From an uncultured Coprobacillus sp. (GTDB lineage Bacteria > Bacillota_I > Bacilli_A > ML615J-28 > CAG-698): a stretch of 64,000 bases of DNA. Positions 11,059 to 21,046 of the stretch are shown one piece after another. How positions within the stretch are numbered: position 1 is the first letter of the stretch; each line of letters opens with the position of its first letter. The stretch is taken from the NCBI GenBank assembly GCA_964385755.1, contig CAYLPZ010000003.1:65052-129051 (forward strand), given 5' to 3'. The notes below the pieces were generated by a model. That model saw only the letters and a list, made by a program, of their open reading frames with translations, ran no database searches and was not told the DNA's origin. The position numbers and the translations under genes are program-made.

Positions 11059-11126
11059 AAGCTTATTCTCCTAACACACTTATTTTTCTCCGTAAGGATA
11101 TTTTATATTTAAATATTATATAATAA

Positions 11127-12308
11127 TTATAGTTCTTTGTATAAAGATAATGATCCATCAGCGTGGAATTCAAGAACTGGAGCACTCTTTTGTGGGTTGT
11201 TCTTTTCATCAAATGTTAATGCACCAGTACATCCTTCAAATGAAATACCTTTTAATGCGGCAACAACATCAGCATTATCAGTTGAATTTGCTTTTTCGAT
11301 TGCGGCAACTGCAAGATATAATGCATCATATGCTAAAGCTGCAAACATTGAAGGAACTTCTTCATGACCATTCTTATATAATTCTGTTCCAGCTCTATTA
11401 AATTCTGCTTTATAATCAGCATAGAATGATTTAACTTGTTCTTTTTCTGAACCAGAAAAAATACCAGTTACATAGAAGCAGTTTTCAAAATATTCAGGGT
11501 GTGCATAATTAGCAGTAGCACCATCCCATCCATCACCGCCAAAGAACATACAATCAACACCAGCTTCACGGCAAGCAGCAACAGCAGTTCTAATTTGATC
11601 AGTATAGTCAGGCATTACAATTGCATCTGGAGCAGCATTTTTAATTTCTGTAACAAATGAGCTCATAGAGTTCTTTAATGCATCTAAATTATCATAATTT
11701 AATAATTTTGCAACTTCAACTTTTCCTTCAACTTCACTAACAAATGCATCACAAATACCAGAAGAGTATGCGTCAGCAGTGTTCTTTAAAACAACAACTT
11801 TTTTAACGCCTTTATCTAAAGCAAGCTTAGAAAGAATTGTACCTTGATAAGAATCAATAAAGCAAGTACGGAATACAGATCCTTTTAATTTACCATCATC
11901 ATAAGTTACAACATCACCTGTTGCAGTTGGAGTGATCATTGGAACACCATCTTCAGCAGCTGCAGAAGAAACTGCTATAGTAGTATTAGTGATAACTGGT
12001 CCAACGATAATATCAACATCTTCAGCTATTGATTGATATTGGTTAACAGCTGTAGTAGGATCAGCTGTATCATCTTTTATAACTAATTCTATTTGTTTTT
12101 TAGCGCCATCAACATTAACACCACCAGCTTCATTGATTTGTTTAGTAGCTAGTTTAACACCATTAACTACTTCTTCAGCATAGAATTGTGCTGCAACACT
12201 TAAGTTACCGATAACACCTATTTTAACAGTATCATTTTCTTTTTCACCACAAGCAATTAGGCCAAATCCTAAAGCCAACATCATAACTACGAATAGAAAT
12301 TTTTTCAT
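11127..12308 (-). CDS. livJ: branched-chain amino acid ABC transporter substrate-binding lipoprotein (LivJ/LivK family)
   Basis: Lipoprotein signal MKKFLFVVMMLALGFGLIACGE with a periplasmic binding-protein type I fold, first gene of the liv cluster. The RBS AAAGGAGAAAAG lies upstream. Confidence 0.7.
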   Translation of the reverse strand: MKKFLFVVMMLALGFGLIACGEKENDTVKIGVIGNLSVAAQFYAEEVVNGVKLATKQINEAGGVNVDGAKKQIELVIKDDTADPTTAVNQYQSIAEDVDIIVGPVITNTTIAVSSAAAEDGVPMITPTATGDVVTYDDGKLKGSVFRTCFIDSYQGTILSKLALDKGVKKVVVLKNTADAYSSGICDAFVSEVEGKVEVAKLLNYDNLDALKNSMSSFVTEIKNAAPDAIVMPDYTDQIRTAVAACREAGVDCMFFGGDGWDGATANYAHPEYFENCFYVTGIFSGSEKEQVKSFYADYKAEFNRAGTELYKNGHEEVPSMFAALAYDALYLAVAAIEKANSTDNADVVAALKGISFEGCTGALTFDEKNNPQKSAPVLEFHADGSLSLYKEL

Positions 12309-12364
12309 AAATCTTTTCTCCTTTTTTTATTATTAATATATAAGTGGATACTTTAACCATGTAA

Positions 12365-12406
12365 AAAGAAACAAAAAAGTTCTTGTCTATCAAAAAAAAC
12401 AAGAAC
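12365..12406 (-). terminator. intrinsic terminator of the liv leader (stem GTTCTTG/CAAGAAC, followed by UUUUUUGUUUCUUUUU on minus strand)
   Basis: The hairpin and T-run were read directly. It sits ~60 nt upstream of the livJ start, the usual position of a riboswitch or attenuator terminator. Confidence 0.6.
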
Positions 12407-12630
12407 ATCATTTCTATTATACCATCTTTTTGATAATGCTATCACATCACCAGTATGCTAACGGATACCACCCGATCCATCTTAATTGTAACGATTGTTA
12501 CGTTCAGACAACTACTAGCAGAATGATTTTCACACTCAAGTGATATCTACCTTACACCAATAGTAGACTCTCTAAAATCACTTTTTGAACTGTTACTCTT
12601 TTCTGATTAACGTATTTACTTATACTTACT
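12407..12630 (-). promoter_or_regulatory. T-box-like leader (candidate Ile specifier AUC-A) controlling liv operon
   Basis: The minus-strand RNA contains GUGAUUUUAGAGAG...GGUAGAUAUCACUU...AAAAUCA, a stem-I-like helix with an AGAGA motif and an AUC-A specifier candidate. Downstream lies GGGUGGUAUCCG, resembling the T-box sequence AGGGUGGNACCGCG. A terminator follows. The spacing to the terminator is longer than typical, so the assignment is tentative. Confidence 0.4.
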
Positions 12631-12633
12631 AGT

Positions 12634-12662
12634 ATTATACGCCAATTTGCAAATTATGTAAA
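12634..12662 (-). promoter_or_regulatory. sigma-A-type promoter for liv leader (-35 TTTACA, 17-nt spacer, -10 TATAAT)
   Basis: The reverse complement of 12634-12662 reads TTTACA-taatttgcaaattggcg-TATAAT. Confidence 0.55.
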
Positions 12663-12734
12663 TATTTTTCATAAATGTAAACGTTTTATGAAAGTGTTTT
12701 TTTAAGATTTTATAAATAATTAATAATTATTTAA

Positions 12735-14096
12735 TTATTTTAATGGTTTTTTATATATAATTGCGTTAGTATGCAATTTTTTTACCTCTTTATATCCATT
12801 ATGTTCATAATAACCCTTATTACAAGTATTATCAGCCCAAAGTAGAATATTATCCGGTTTTTCTCTATCAATAACCTCTTTAAATAATTTAGAACCTAAA
12901 TGCATATTTTGCATATTTCTCCTCACCGCAACTAAACTAATATAAATATCATTTTCACTCAAATATTTTTTACTGATGTTTGTGTTATAAATTATTTTTT
13001 TCATATAATTGCTATTATATTCTTGATAATTGGACGTGATCTTCTCATTTCCTTTAGCGTAAAATAGGAAAGCGACTACTTCATCATTCATATAAATATA
13101 TTCTTGATAATAGTTTCTTTTACTATATTCTAATAAATCTTCAACATTTTTCTTTCCATCTTTATAGAAAACTTCATTTAATATTTCAAAACAATTATCT
13201 TTTTTTAAGTAACTATTTTTCATATCTAATGCTTTTTGCTTATATAGTTTATAATCTAATACAAAACTAAGCCCATGTGGTGCATTTGAAACTTTTACAA
13301 AATCAACATATTCTTTATTAGTTTCTTTAATTCTCTCGCTCATTTCCACAGGAACAAGTTTATCATTATCACCATGAATTAATAAGATTGGTATTTTTGC
13401 CTCCTTAACTGCTTTATAGCAATCATTTGCTTCTATATTAAAATGTCCGAAAACTATTCCAGATAGTTTCACAAAAGGATAAAGAAGTTTTACAGGAAAT
13501 CCTCTTTTTTTCATTACACTTTGTATTATTTCTTTTGGTGAAGAAAAAGGGCAATCCGCAATCACATATTTAATATCATTTTGATTTATTTTGTTTAAAC
13601 TCATTAAAACAGTTGACGCTCCCATTGATACTCCTTCAAGAATTATTTCTCGATTTGGATATTTTTCTTTAACATAATTAATCCACTCGCAAACATCATT
13701 TGCTTCTTTTACTCCAAAAGATATTGTTCTTCCGTCACTTTTACCATGACCTCTTTGATCAACTACTATTGCATCAAAACCTAGTTCTAAAGTTAATTTT
13801 AATCCACCTGAGAAATCAACAAGAGCTCTACCTTTATACCCATGAAATAAAATAGCTATAGGTAAAGCATTTGAACGTATGTACTCTTTTGCGTAAAGAG
13901 TTTTATGATCCTTTGTTCTAATTGATATTTCGTTATAATGATATTCTTCGATATCATTTATTAGTTTATTCATTGTATCAATATAAGGTTTGTATTCTTT
14001 AGTTTCATAAAATGCTTTTTTAATTTTCTTCTTTTGATTATTATAAAATACATTTAAATATAAAACATATAAAAATATTAGAAAAAGTGTGATCAT
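12735..14096 (-). CDS. fusion protein: N-terminal TM anchor + alpha/beta hydrolase (GVSMGAS nucleophile elbow) + C-terminal GNAT-like acetyltransferase
   Basis: FHGYKGRALVDFSGG...DQRGHGKSDG...EGVSMGAS fits the alpha/beta-hydrolase fold. The C-terminal ~130 aa (LVAVRRNMQNMHLGSKLFKEV...NKGYYEHNGYK) resemble the GNAT core. Confidence 0.5.
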   Translation of the reverse strand: MITLFLIFLYVLYLNVFYNNQKKKIKKAFYETKEYKPYIDTMNKLINDIEEYHYNEISIRTKDHKTLYAKEYIRSNALPIAILFHGYKGRALVDFSGGLKLTLELGFDAIVVDQRGHGKSDGRTISFGVKEANDVCEWINYVKEKYPNREIILEGVSMGASTVLMSLNKINQNDIKYVIADCPFSSPKEIIQSVMKKRGFPVKLLYPFVKLSGIVFGHFNIEANDCYKAVKEAKIPILLIHGDNDKLVPVEMSERIKETNKEYVDFVKVSNAPHGLSFVLDYKLYKQKALDMKNSYLKKDNCFEILNEVFYKDGKKNVEDLLEYSKRNYYQEYIYMNDEVVAFLFYAKGNEKITSNYQEYNSNYMKKIIYNTNISKKYLSENDIYISLVAVRRNMQNMHLGSKLFKEVIDREKPDNILLWADNTCNKGYYEHNGYKEVKKLHTNAIIYKKPLK

Positions 14097-14833
14097 TTGC
14101 TTTCCTCTCTTATAAATATTAATTTATCACTAGGACTATTTTCATCATATTTATATCCTAGGTCATTAAACATTTTTACTTCATCAATCGTTTTTATTTT
14201 TCTTTTCGCAAGGTATTTTACCATTGCTCCTCTTGCCATTTTAACATATACTCCTTTTTCTATTAACTTATTATTAACTTTTTCATAAAATAAAACAGAA
14301 ATGATTTTTCCTTTATTTTTATTATCGTATAGTATTTTACTATATTCCTTTGAGGCAAGATCTAATATTATTTCATCAGAAGCAAAAATCGCTTCTGATA
14401 CTTCTTTTTCCCAATACTGATACAAGTTTTCATAGCCATCAAAAGAGTATTTTAGGCCCATTTCAAGACGATATAAGCTAATTAGATCAAATGGTCTGAC
14501 TACGCCATATAAACCAGATATTATAAACATATTATCATTTAAATACTCTAACTCACTACTTTCTAGAATTGATGGATTCATGTATTGATACTGAATGCCA
14601 TCGTATGATAGTATCGCTGTTGAAATACCATCATATGAAAAAGATTGATAGTAATTATATGTGTCTACAGCTATTTTTTCGTTAACATTAAATACCTTCT
14701 TAAAATCATTAACTGAAAACTTTTTAAACATTTCGACTAAATATTTAGTTTTTTCAGGAAATAAAGGTTTGCTTTCATAAGAAACTAATTCATTTACTTT
14801 CATCTTTTTTGCGGGAGAGATTATTATTTTCAT
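14093..14833 (-). CDS. yaaA: YaaA-family (DUF328/UPF0246) peroxide-stress protein
   Basis: The internal start MKIIISPAKKM carries the hallmark YaaA N-terminus and is preceded by RBS AGGTGA at 6 nt. The track ORF begins at an upstream TTG (14902), which I consider less likely. The gene overlaps the hydrolase-GNAT gene by 4 nt. Confidence 0.6.
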   Translation of the reverse strand: MKIIISPAKKMKVNELVSYESKPLFPEKTKYLVEMFKKFSVNDFKKVFNVNEKIAVDTYNYYQSFSYDGISTAILSYDGIQYQYMNPSILESSELEYLNDNMFIISGLYGVVRPFDLISLYRLEMGLKYSFDGYENLYQYWEKEVSEAIFASDEIILDLASKEYSKILYDNKNKGKIISVLFYEKVNNKLIEKGVYVKMARGAMVKYLAKRKIKTIDEVKMFNDLGYKYDENSPSDKLIFIREESK

Positions 14834-15639
14834 ATTTTCACCTATTTTAGTAGCAGGTAGTGCAAAATTACTAATAATATCATTTTTATCTTTATTGTTC
14901 AATATCCGATATATTTTTTTGCATTACTATTATTTGTTTTTACTTATATCAATGTATGTTCATTATTATATCTTGTAATAAAGTCCATTTTAAAGCTACT
15001 TGATTTACAATGATATAATTATTTATGAAACTTATTAAAAGTATCTACTTTTTTAAATTAGTTATTTTTTATAATTATAACTTATTGTGTACTTTATTTC
15101 AACATATAATAAATGTGTAATTTTGCATATCATTGTTAGTTTTTAACCTGAATTCCTAATTAAGATTATACACTTAATAGATTAATCAAGTATTTCATTT
15201 ATATTATCATATGGTAACCTTTTTTCTATTTTTTAAAACACTTGTGCATCTTCTTCTACAAAAAACAAAAGATCAGTGCTTCATCGCTACCAATATAAGA
15301 CTTTGGAAATCCAAAACTCAATATATCTATTTTTAATTAATGCTTTAAGAGTTTCTATTTTAATTTTCTTGTTTTCCTCCTATTTTCTTATTGATTTTTT
15401 CCTTCATATAACTTGTAAATTCAGTCATTTCATCATTTGTTTTCGAACTTAATTTTAAAAAAATTCTATTGATGGATTTATTCTTTTCACATTTACTTTT
15501 AGTCTATCAATATCAAAATTAAAGTAAGGAAGAGCATCAATTTTTGTCACTACTAATGTATCAGATACACTAAACATTAAGGGGTATTTATGTGCATTTT
15601 TATCACCCTAAAGACATTTACCACAAGAATATAAACTTT

Positions 15640-15677
15640 GTCTAAAAAAGTAAAAAAAGTAAGGAAAAACCTTACTT
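15640..15677 (-). terminator. intrinsic terminator after uracil permease (AAGTAAGG-uuuuu-CCTTACTT + U-run)
   Basis: The hairpin overlaps the stop codon, with UUUUUACUUUUUU downstream on the minus strand. Confidence 0.6.
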
Positions 15678-17080
15678 TATAAATCTAGATTATATTCATC
15701 CTCACTTGATTCAGTATTATCTTTTTTTGTTTCTTTTACTTCCTTTGGTAAAATGAAATTCAGAATAATTCCAAAAATCATCGCAAGAGCCATACCAGAG
15801 AATTTACCAAAATCTCCAATTTTTATTACTGCACCACCAAGGCCAATTACAAGCATTACTGATACAATAATCATATTTCTTGTAGAAGTCAAATCAACTT
15901 TAGCATCAAAGATAGTTTTTAATCCATTTGAAGCAATAAAGCCATATAGAATTAAACATACACCACCCATTACTGCACTTGGAATTGTAGCAATTAATGT
16001 TGTAAAAAGATTACAAAATGATAGTAAGATTGCAACTACAGCAGCTCCACCAGTTACCCAAACTGATCCAATTTTAGTCATACCAACAACACTTGTGTTT
16101 TCTCCATAACTAGTGTTAGCAGGTCCACCAATAGCCCCTGCAAACATTGTTGCAATTCCATCACCAAGTAATGTACGGTGAAGTCCAGGTTCTGTCATGT
16201 AATCATAACCAGTAATTTTGCCTAAAACTTTATGATCCCCAATATGTTCAGATATTGTTACAAAAGCTAGTGGAATGCATCCTACTGCCGCAACCAAACT
16301 AAATTTTACCATGCTTACGTTAGCAAATAAATTAGCATCCTTCCATCCTAAAATCTTAAATGATGGTAATGTAAACCATTGTGAAGGAGTTTTTACAACT
16401 TCAATAAATGCTTCTAATGTATTTTGTTGTTGTCCATTCACAAATACAGGAGTATCTGATACCCAATTTAAAGCTAATGCAACTAAGTAACCTCCTAAGA
16501 TACCTAGAAGAAATGGAATTATTTTCATAAAGCCTTTACCTTTTAAGGCAAATAATGCAACAAATAACATAGTAGAAATTGCTATCACAATATTACGCCA
16601 ATCTCCACCCTCAACTAAATCAATTTGTCCTACTGCTGTTGAAGCTAAACCTAGACCAATGATAATAATCATAGGTCCAACAACTACTGGTGGAAGTAGT
16701 TTATGAAGCCATTTAACTCCCACGAACTTTATTATTAAAGCAACAATTACATAAATTATACCTACAATTAAAATACCAGTAAAAGCAGCTCCATAGTTTG
16801 GTCCATCGGAACTACCAGCTAACTGCATTGCGGAATTGATATATGCTATATAAGCAAAACTAGAACCTAAATAAATAGGTACACGTGCTTTTGTACATAA
16901 AATGTAAATTAATGTTCCAACACCAGAAGCAAATAATGCAACTGAAATATCAAGACCTGTAAGCATTGGAACTAAAACTGTAGCACTAAACATCGCGAAT
17001 ACATGTTGGAACGATAAGAAAAACCAATCACGTTTCTTTCTTGGTTTTTCATTGTAATCAAGAATTAAATTGTTGTTCAT
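15677..17080 (-). CDS. pyrP: uracil permease (NCS2 family, UraA/PyrP-like)
   Basis: LSFQHVFAMFSATVLVPMLTGLDISVALFASGVGTLIYILCTKARVPIYLGSSFAYI closely parallels the UraA/PyrP N-terminus. The preferred start is MNNNLILDY at 17080, with a perfect RBS GGAGGTATAT; the track start is 17125. Confidence 0.75.
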   Translation of the reverse strand: MNNNLILDYNEKPRKKRDWFFLSFQHVFAMFSATVLVPMLTGLDISVALFASGVGTLIYILCTKARVPIYLGSSFAYIAYINSAMQLAGSSDGPNYGAAFTGILIVGIIYVIVALIIKFVGVKWLHKLLPPVVVGPMIIIIGLGLASTAVGQIDLVEGGDWRNIVIAISTMLFVALFALKGKGFMKIIPFLLGILGGYLVALALNWVSDTPVFVNGQQQNTLEAFIEVVKTPSQWFTLPSFKILGWKDANLFANVSMVKFSLVAAVGCIPLAFVTISEHIGDHKVLGKITGYDYMTEPGLHRTLLGDGIATMFAGAIGGPANTSYGENTSVVGMTKIGSVWVTGGAAVVAILLSFCNLFTTLIATIPSAVMGGVCLILYGFIASNGLKTIFDAKVDLTSTRNMIIVSVMLVIGLGGAVIKIGDFGKFSGMALAMIFGIILNFILPKEVKETKKDNTESSEDEYNLDL

Positions 17081-17106
17081 ATATACCTCCTTATTACATA
17101 AAAAAT

Positions 17107-17130
17107 AAGAGTTGAAAAAATTCAACTCTT
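17107..17130 (-). terminator. attenuator terminator in pyrP leader (AAGAGUUGAA-uuuu-UUCAACUCUU + UAUUUUUU) abutting the pyrP RBS
   Basis: A 10-bp perfect stem and U-run end about 14 nt before the GGAGG RBS. Confidence 0.6.
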
Positions 17131-17221
17131 AAAAATTATTGTCCTTATGAAATGAAAAAATAGTGATACTTCTTTTTGCAAGTTTATTAGTATTTTTAGT
17201 TTCTACTTTTACTGCTTTCAT
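17129..17221 (-). CDS. 30-codon leader ORF (MKAVKVETKNTNKLAKRSITIFSFHKDNNF) whose stop codon overlaps the 5' arm of the attenuator terminator
   Basis: ATG at 17221 with RBS AAGAAGG 7 nt upstream. The in-frame UAA falls at 17129-17131 inside the terminator 5' arm, and the U-rich codons AUU UUU UCA UUU precede it. Confidence 0.4.
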   Translation of the reverse strand: MKAVKVETKNTNKLAKRSITIFSFHKDNNF

Positions 17222-17252
17222 AAGAAGTACCTTCTTTCTTTATTTCCGATAT

Positions 17253-17281
17253 ATTATACATCATACTAATAAATAATGCAA
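17253..17281 (-). promoter_or_regulatory. sigma-A-type promoter for pyrP leader (-35 TTGCAT, 17 nt, -10 TATAAT)
   Basis: The reverse complement of 17253-17281 reads TTGCAT-tatttattagtatgatg-TATAAT. Confidence 0.55.
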
Positions 17282-17290
17282 TACTTTTAT

Positions 17291-18211
17291 TTATTTTTTG
17301 TAAATTATTGTGCCCTTTTGTAAATTTATAGCTTCACTTGCATTTACAATTGATGTAATAATTGCTTTAGCAGAATTATTATTTTTAACAAAATTAAGTG
17401 CTGCAGTAACTTTTGGAAGCATTGATCCAGGTTTAAAGTGTCCTTCTTCCACATATTTTTCTAAAGTATTAACATCAACTTCCGTTAATGCTCTTTCATC
17501 TTCTTTGCCATAATTTAAAAATACATTATCAACTGCCGTTAGTATAATTAACATATCCGCATGTAGTGACGTGGCTAATACTTCTGATACTAAATCTTTA
17601 TCAATAACAGCATCAACACCAATATATCCACTTTCACCTTCGATTACAGGTATGCCTCCACCTCCACAACATATTACAATATTATTTGTACTTATTATTG
17701 TATCAATTATTTTTTCTTCTAAGACCTTTAGTGGTTTTGGGCTTGCAACTACTCTACGATAGCCCCTCTTGTTCGCTTCTTCTTTTGTTGGATATAAAGC
17801 CTTTTCTGCTTCTTCTTTTGATAGATATAAACCTACTGGTTTAGTAGGATTACTAAAAGCTTGATCATTTTTATCTACTACTACTTGAGTTATTATAGAT
17901 GCAACTTTTTTACCAATATTATGCTTATTTAATACATTTATTAAAGCGTTTTGTAAATGATATCCTATATATCCTTGTGATAATGCACCACACTCACAAA
18001 ACGGCATTTCAGATACTTTTTCATTTTCTTTATGAGCAAGCAAAAAAGCGTTATTAATTAAGCCAACTTGTGGACCATTTCCATGTGTAAAGATTACTTC
18101 GTTATTTCTTAATAACGGCAACATTTTTTCAACCGTTAGAATTGCCATTTCTTTTTGCTTTTGAGGAGTTTCTCCTAAAGCATTACCACCTAATGCAACT
18201 ACGATTCTCAT
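17291..18211 (-). CDS. arcC: carbamate kinase
   Basis: [12 protein letters not shown]...GNGPQVG...CGGGGIPV are the carbamate-kinase hallmarks. It is the last gene of the arc cluster. Confidence 0.85.
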   Translation of the reverse strand: MRIVVALGGNALGETPQKQKEMAILTVEKMLPLLRNNEVIFTHGNGPQVGLINNAFLLAHKENEKVSEMPFCECGALSQGYIGYHLQNALINVLNKHNIGKKVASIITQVVVDKNDQAFSNPTKPVGLYLSKEEAEKALYPTKEEANKRGYRRVVASPKPLKVLEEKIIDTIISTNNIVICCGGGGIPVIEGESGYIGVDAVIDKDLVSEVLATSLHADMLIILTAVDNVFLNYGKEDERALTEVDVNTLEKYVEEGHFKPGSMLPKVTAALNFVKNNNSAKAIITSIVNASEAINLQKGTIIYKK

Positions 18212-19200
18212 TAGTCCACCATTGTCGCATAGATTACTGCTTTAATCGTGTGTAATCTGTTTTCTGCTTCATCAAAGACAACTGACTGCTCTCCTTCAAA
18301 TACTTCTTCAGTCACTTCTAGTCCATCAAGACCAAATTTTTGATACACTTCCATACCAACTTTAGTCTCTAGGTTATGAAATGATGGAAGGCAATGTAAG
18401 AATATTGCATCACTTTTTGCTTTTTTCATTAATTCTTTATTCACTTGATATGGTTTTAATAATTCAATTCTTTCTTTCCAAACACTATCAGGCTCACCCA
18501 TTGAAACCCAAACATCAGTAACAACAATGTCTGCTCCTTTGATATTTTCATCAATATCTTCGCTCAAAATGACTTGTCCTTTAGTTTCTTTACAGATTTC
18601 TATACATTTATCAACTAATGAACTTTCTGGCCATAATTCTTTTGGAGCTAATCCAACGAAAGTCATTCCCATTTTAGCACAACCTATCATTAATGAATTT
18701 CCCATATTATAACGACAATCGCCTAAATAAGCCATTTTCAAGCCTTTTAATGTTCCTTTATGTTCTCTGATTGTAAGCATGTCCGCAAGTATTTGCGTTG
18801 GATGATATTTTTCTGTTAATCCATTCCAAACAGGAACTCCTGAGTATTTTTCTAAAATCTCAACAGTTTCTTGTTTAAATCCTCGGTATTCAATTCCGTC
18901 ATATATTCTTCCTAATACTCTAGCAGTATCTTTGATTGATTCTTTTTTTCCCATTTGACTTCCAGTAGGTCCTAAATAAGTTGCATGCATTCCTAAATCA
19001 TATGCAGCAACCTCAAATGAACATCGTGTTCTTGTAGAATCCTTTTCAAATAATAAAACTATATTTTTACCTTCGAGTACCTTTGTGGGAATACCATTTT
19101 TCTTTTTTTCTTTTAATTCACTTGCTAAATCTAATAAATATGTTATTTCTTCAGGTGTAAAATCTAAAAGAGTTAATAAACTACGATTCTTTAATTTCAT
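18211..19200 (-). CDS. arcB: ornithine carbamoyltransferase (catabolic)
   Basis: The STRTR and HCLP motifs are present ([21 protein letters not shown]), in arc context. Confidence 0.85.
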   Translation of the reverse strand: MKLKNRSLLTLLDFTPEEITYLLDLASELKEKKKNGIPTKVLEGKNIVLLFEKDSTRTRCSFEVAAYDLGMHATYLGPTGSQMGKKESIKDTARVLGRIYDGIEYRGFKQETVEILEKYSGVPVWNGLTEKYHPTQILADMLTIREHKGTLKGLKMAYLGDCRYNMGNSLMIGCAKMGMTFVGLAPKELWPESSLVDKCIEICKETKGQVILSEDIDENIKGADIVVTDVWVSMGEPDSVWKERIELLKPYQVNKELMKKAKSDAIFLHCLPSFHNLETKVGMEVYQKFGLDGLEVTEEVFEGEQSVVFDEAENRLHTIKAVIYATMVD

Positions 19201-19235
19201 ATTGTTCCTTTCTATTTTAACATTAATTATATTAT

Positions 19236-20465
19236 CTATTTGTCTAATTTCTCTCTTTCAAGAGGCATACACATACATCTTGGGCCACCACGACCTCGTG
19301 ATAATTCACTAGATGGAATAGTATGAACCTTTATACCATATGATTTTAAAAGATCATTAGTAATGTTATTTCTTTCATATGTAATAACCTCACCCGGAGC
19401 AATCGCAATACAGTTGCTACCATCACTCCATTGTTCACGATCTGCAGAAACTTGATCTTTTCCACCACAAGGAATTAAAGTAATCTTTCGTTTTAAGATA
19501 CTACTTAGAATTTCTTCTAAACTTCCAGTTAGTTCAGTTGTTTTTAATAGTACATCACTAGTCTCATCTTTTTCAACACAAAACACTTTGAAACTATCAT
19601 AACATTCTTGATGCACAGTAAACTTATCGTAATCAATTTGTGTAAAAATTGTATCTAAATGCATAAAAGTTCTTTGCTTTGGAATAGACAAAACAATAAT
19701 TCTTTTAAGTTTTGATTTATATTCATAAAATAAGTTCTTTGCTAATTTTTCAATTGCTTCAGCAGAAGTACGTTCACTAACACCTATTATTAGTGTATCT
19801 TCATTCAATACTAGAATATCTCCACCTTCTATATTATATTTATATTCTCTATCGTAGAAGAATTTTGTTCCTTTGTATTCAGGATGATACATAAAAATAT
19901 ATTTACCATAAATTGTTTCACGACATCTAGTTTTTGAATACATTTTATTAAGAATGATTCCATCTTCAAATGTTACAAATGGATCTCTTGTAAAATATAA
20001 ATTTGGCATAGGATTAGTAATAAACTTATTATCTTTAACAAAATCTGAAAGTGATTTTTTTTGATAATTTGGAAGTTCACTTCTCTTAATCCCCGCCATA
20101 GTTTTAATAACTAAACTTTTTGTATCTTCAATTTTATTTAAATAATCACATACAGCCTTCTTTAGATGTTCATTTGATATTTCAGCCTCATTTACATATT
20201 CAGAAATAAATTGTTCTCTAACATCCTTTGAACTATTTAGTGCTTCAGTTACTAAATCAACCAAATATACTACTTTTACATTTGCATCTCTAAATGTTTG
20301 TGCAAAAGCTCTATGTTCCTTTTTAGCTAGTGGAAGCCAAGGAATATCATCAAATAGTAATTCACCTAAATAAGCTGGTGTTAAATTATTTAATTCCTCT
20401 CCCGGTTCATGTAAAAGGACGGTTTTTAATCGTCCAATTTCAGAGTTTACGAATAATTTACTCAT
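19236..20465 (-). CDS. arcA: arginine deiminase
   Basis: [25 protein letters not shown] is the classic ADI N-terminus, with the C-terminal catalytic Cys region [12 protein letters not shown]. The preferred start is 20465 (RBS AAGGAG); the track start is 20489. Confidence 0.85.
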   Translation of the reverse strand: MSKLFVNSEIGRLKTVLLHEPGEELNNLTPAYLGELLFDDIPWLPLAKKEHRAFAQTFRDANVKVVYLVDLVTEALNSSKDVREQFISEYVNEAEISNEHLKKAVCDYLNKIEDTKSLVIKTMAGIKRSELPNYQKKSLSDFVKDNKFITNPMPNLYFTRDPFVTFEDGIILNKMYSKTRCRETIYGKYIFMYHPEYKGTKFFYDREYKYNIEGGDILVLNEDTLIIGVSERTSAEAIEKLAKNLFYEYKSKLKRIIVLSIPKQRTFMHLDTIFTQIDYDKFTVHQECYDSFKVFCVEKDETSDVLLKTTELTGSLEEILSSILKRKITLIPCGGKDQVSADREQWSDGSNCIAIAPGEVITYERNNITNDLLKSYGIKVHTIPSSELSRGRGGPRCMCMPLEREKLDK

Positions 20466-20478
20466 TATTTTCTCCTTC

Positions 20479-21045
20479 TTATGCGCCATCCCAGTGATTG
20501 TCGCAAGTGTTTTTTATCTTTTTTAAAGAATATTCTTTTTCCATATCATTAAGCATATCAATATCTTCTCCAGTTTTAAAAATATTATGCTTACTAGAAT
20601 ACTTTTTTTCTTTAATTTTTTTATCACTAGACTTATTTAAATCATATATAATCGAAGATATTTCATAACTACTTTTATTATCAATATCTAGCACAAAACA
20701 TTTTTTATTTTCATTAAAATCTAAAGACATACTCTTTTTTATTAATAAAACATTTAAGTAGTTATCGTTAAGAATAGTTTTCATTAAATCATATATTTTT
20801 TTACTTGTGATAATATTATATGCGATAACACTTTTTTCTTCATTTTTACGTTTTTCAATGTCAATAAACATTTTTTCTATACTTTTAAATAATTCATCTT
20901 CATTTATATCTTCATATGAATTTATTTTTAAATAATTATTAATTGATACTATTTCATATTTATAGTTATATAAGATATTAAGTATTCTTATAATATCAGA
21001 TTTATCAGATGAAACTAGGTTATTTATTAAAATTACTTTATTCAT
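20479..21045 (-). CDS. hypothetical protein (Asn/Lys-rich, no recognisable domain), immediately upstream of arcA
   Basis: 188-aa ORF. Its stop lies 14 nt before the arcA start. Confidence 0.4.
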   Translation of the reverse strand: MNKVILINNLVSSDKSDIIRILNILYNYKYEIVSINNYLKINSYEDINEDELFKSIEKMFIDIEKRKNEEKSVIAYNIITSKKIYDLMKTILNDNYLNVLLIKKSMSLDFNENKKCFVLDIDNKSSYEISSIIYDLNKSSDKKIKEKKYSSKHNIFKTGEDIDMLNDMEKEYSLKKIKNTCDNHWDGA

Positions 21046-21046
21046 A

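Noticed and set aside
11137-11401. Plus-strand ORFs inside livJ
   Set aside because: Antisense to the substrate-binding protein gene; no independent support.
12309-12734. tRNA or other stable RNA gene in the liv upstream region
   Set aside because: No cloverleaf-compatible sequence. The features fit promoter, leader and terminator.
15753-16490. Plus-strand ORFs 15753..16109 and 16275..16490
   Set aside because: Antisense within the uracil permease gene.
17133-17250. PyrR-type attenuator (PyrR binding loop) upstream of pyrP
   Set aside because: No ARUCCNGNGAGGYU-like motif in the leader. A uORF-based attenuator fits better.
17310-19312. Short plus-strand ORFs within arcC and arcB and upstream of arcA
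   Set aside because: Antisense to highly conserved arc genes.
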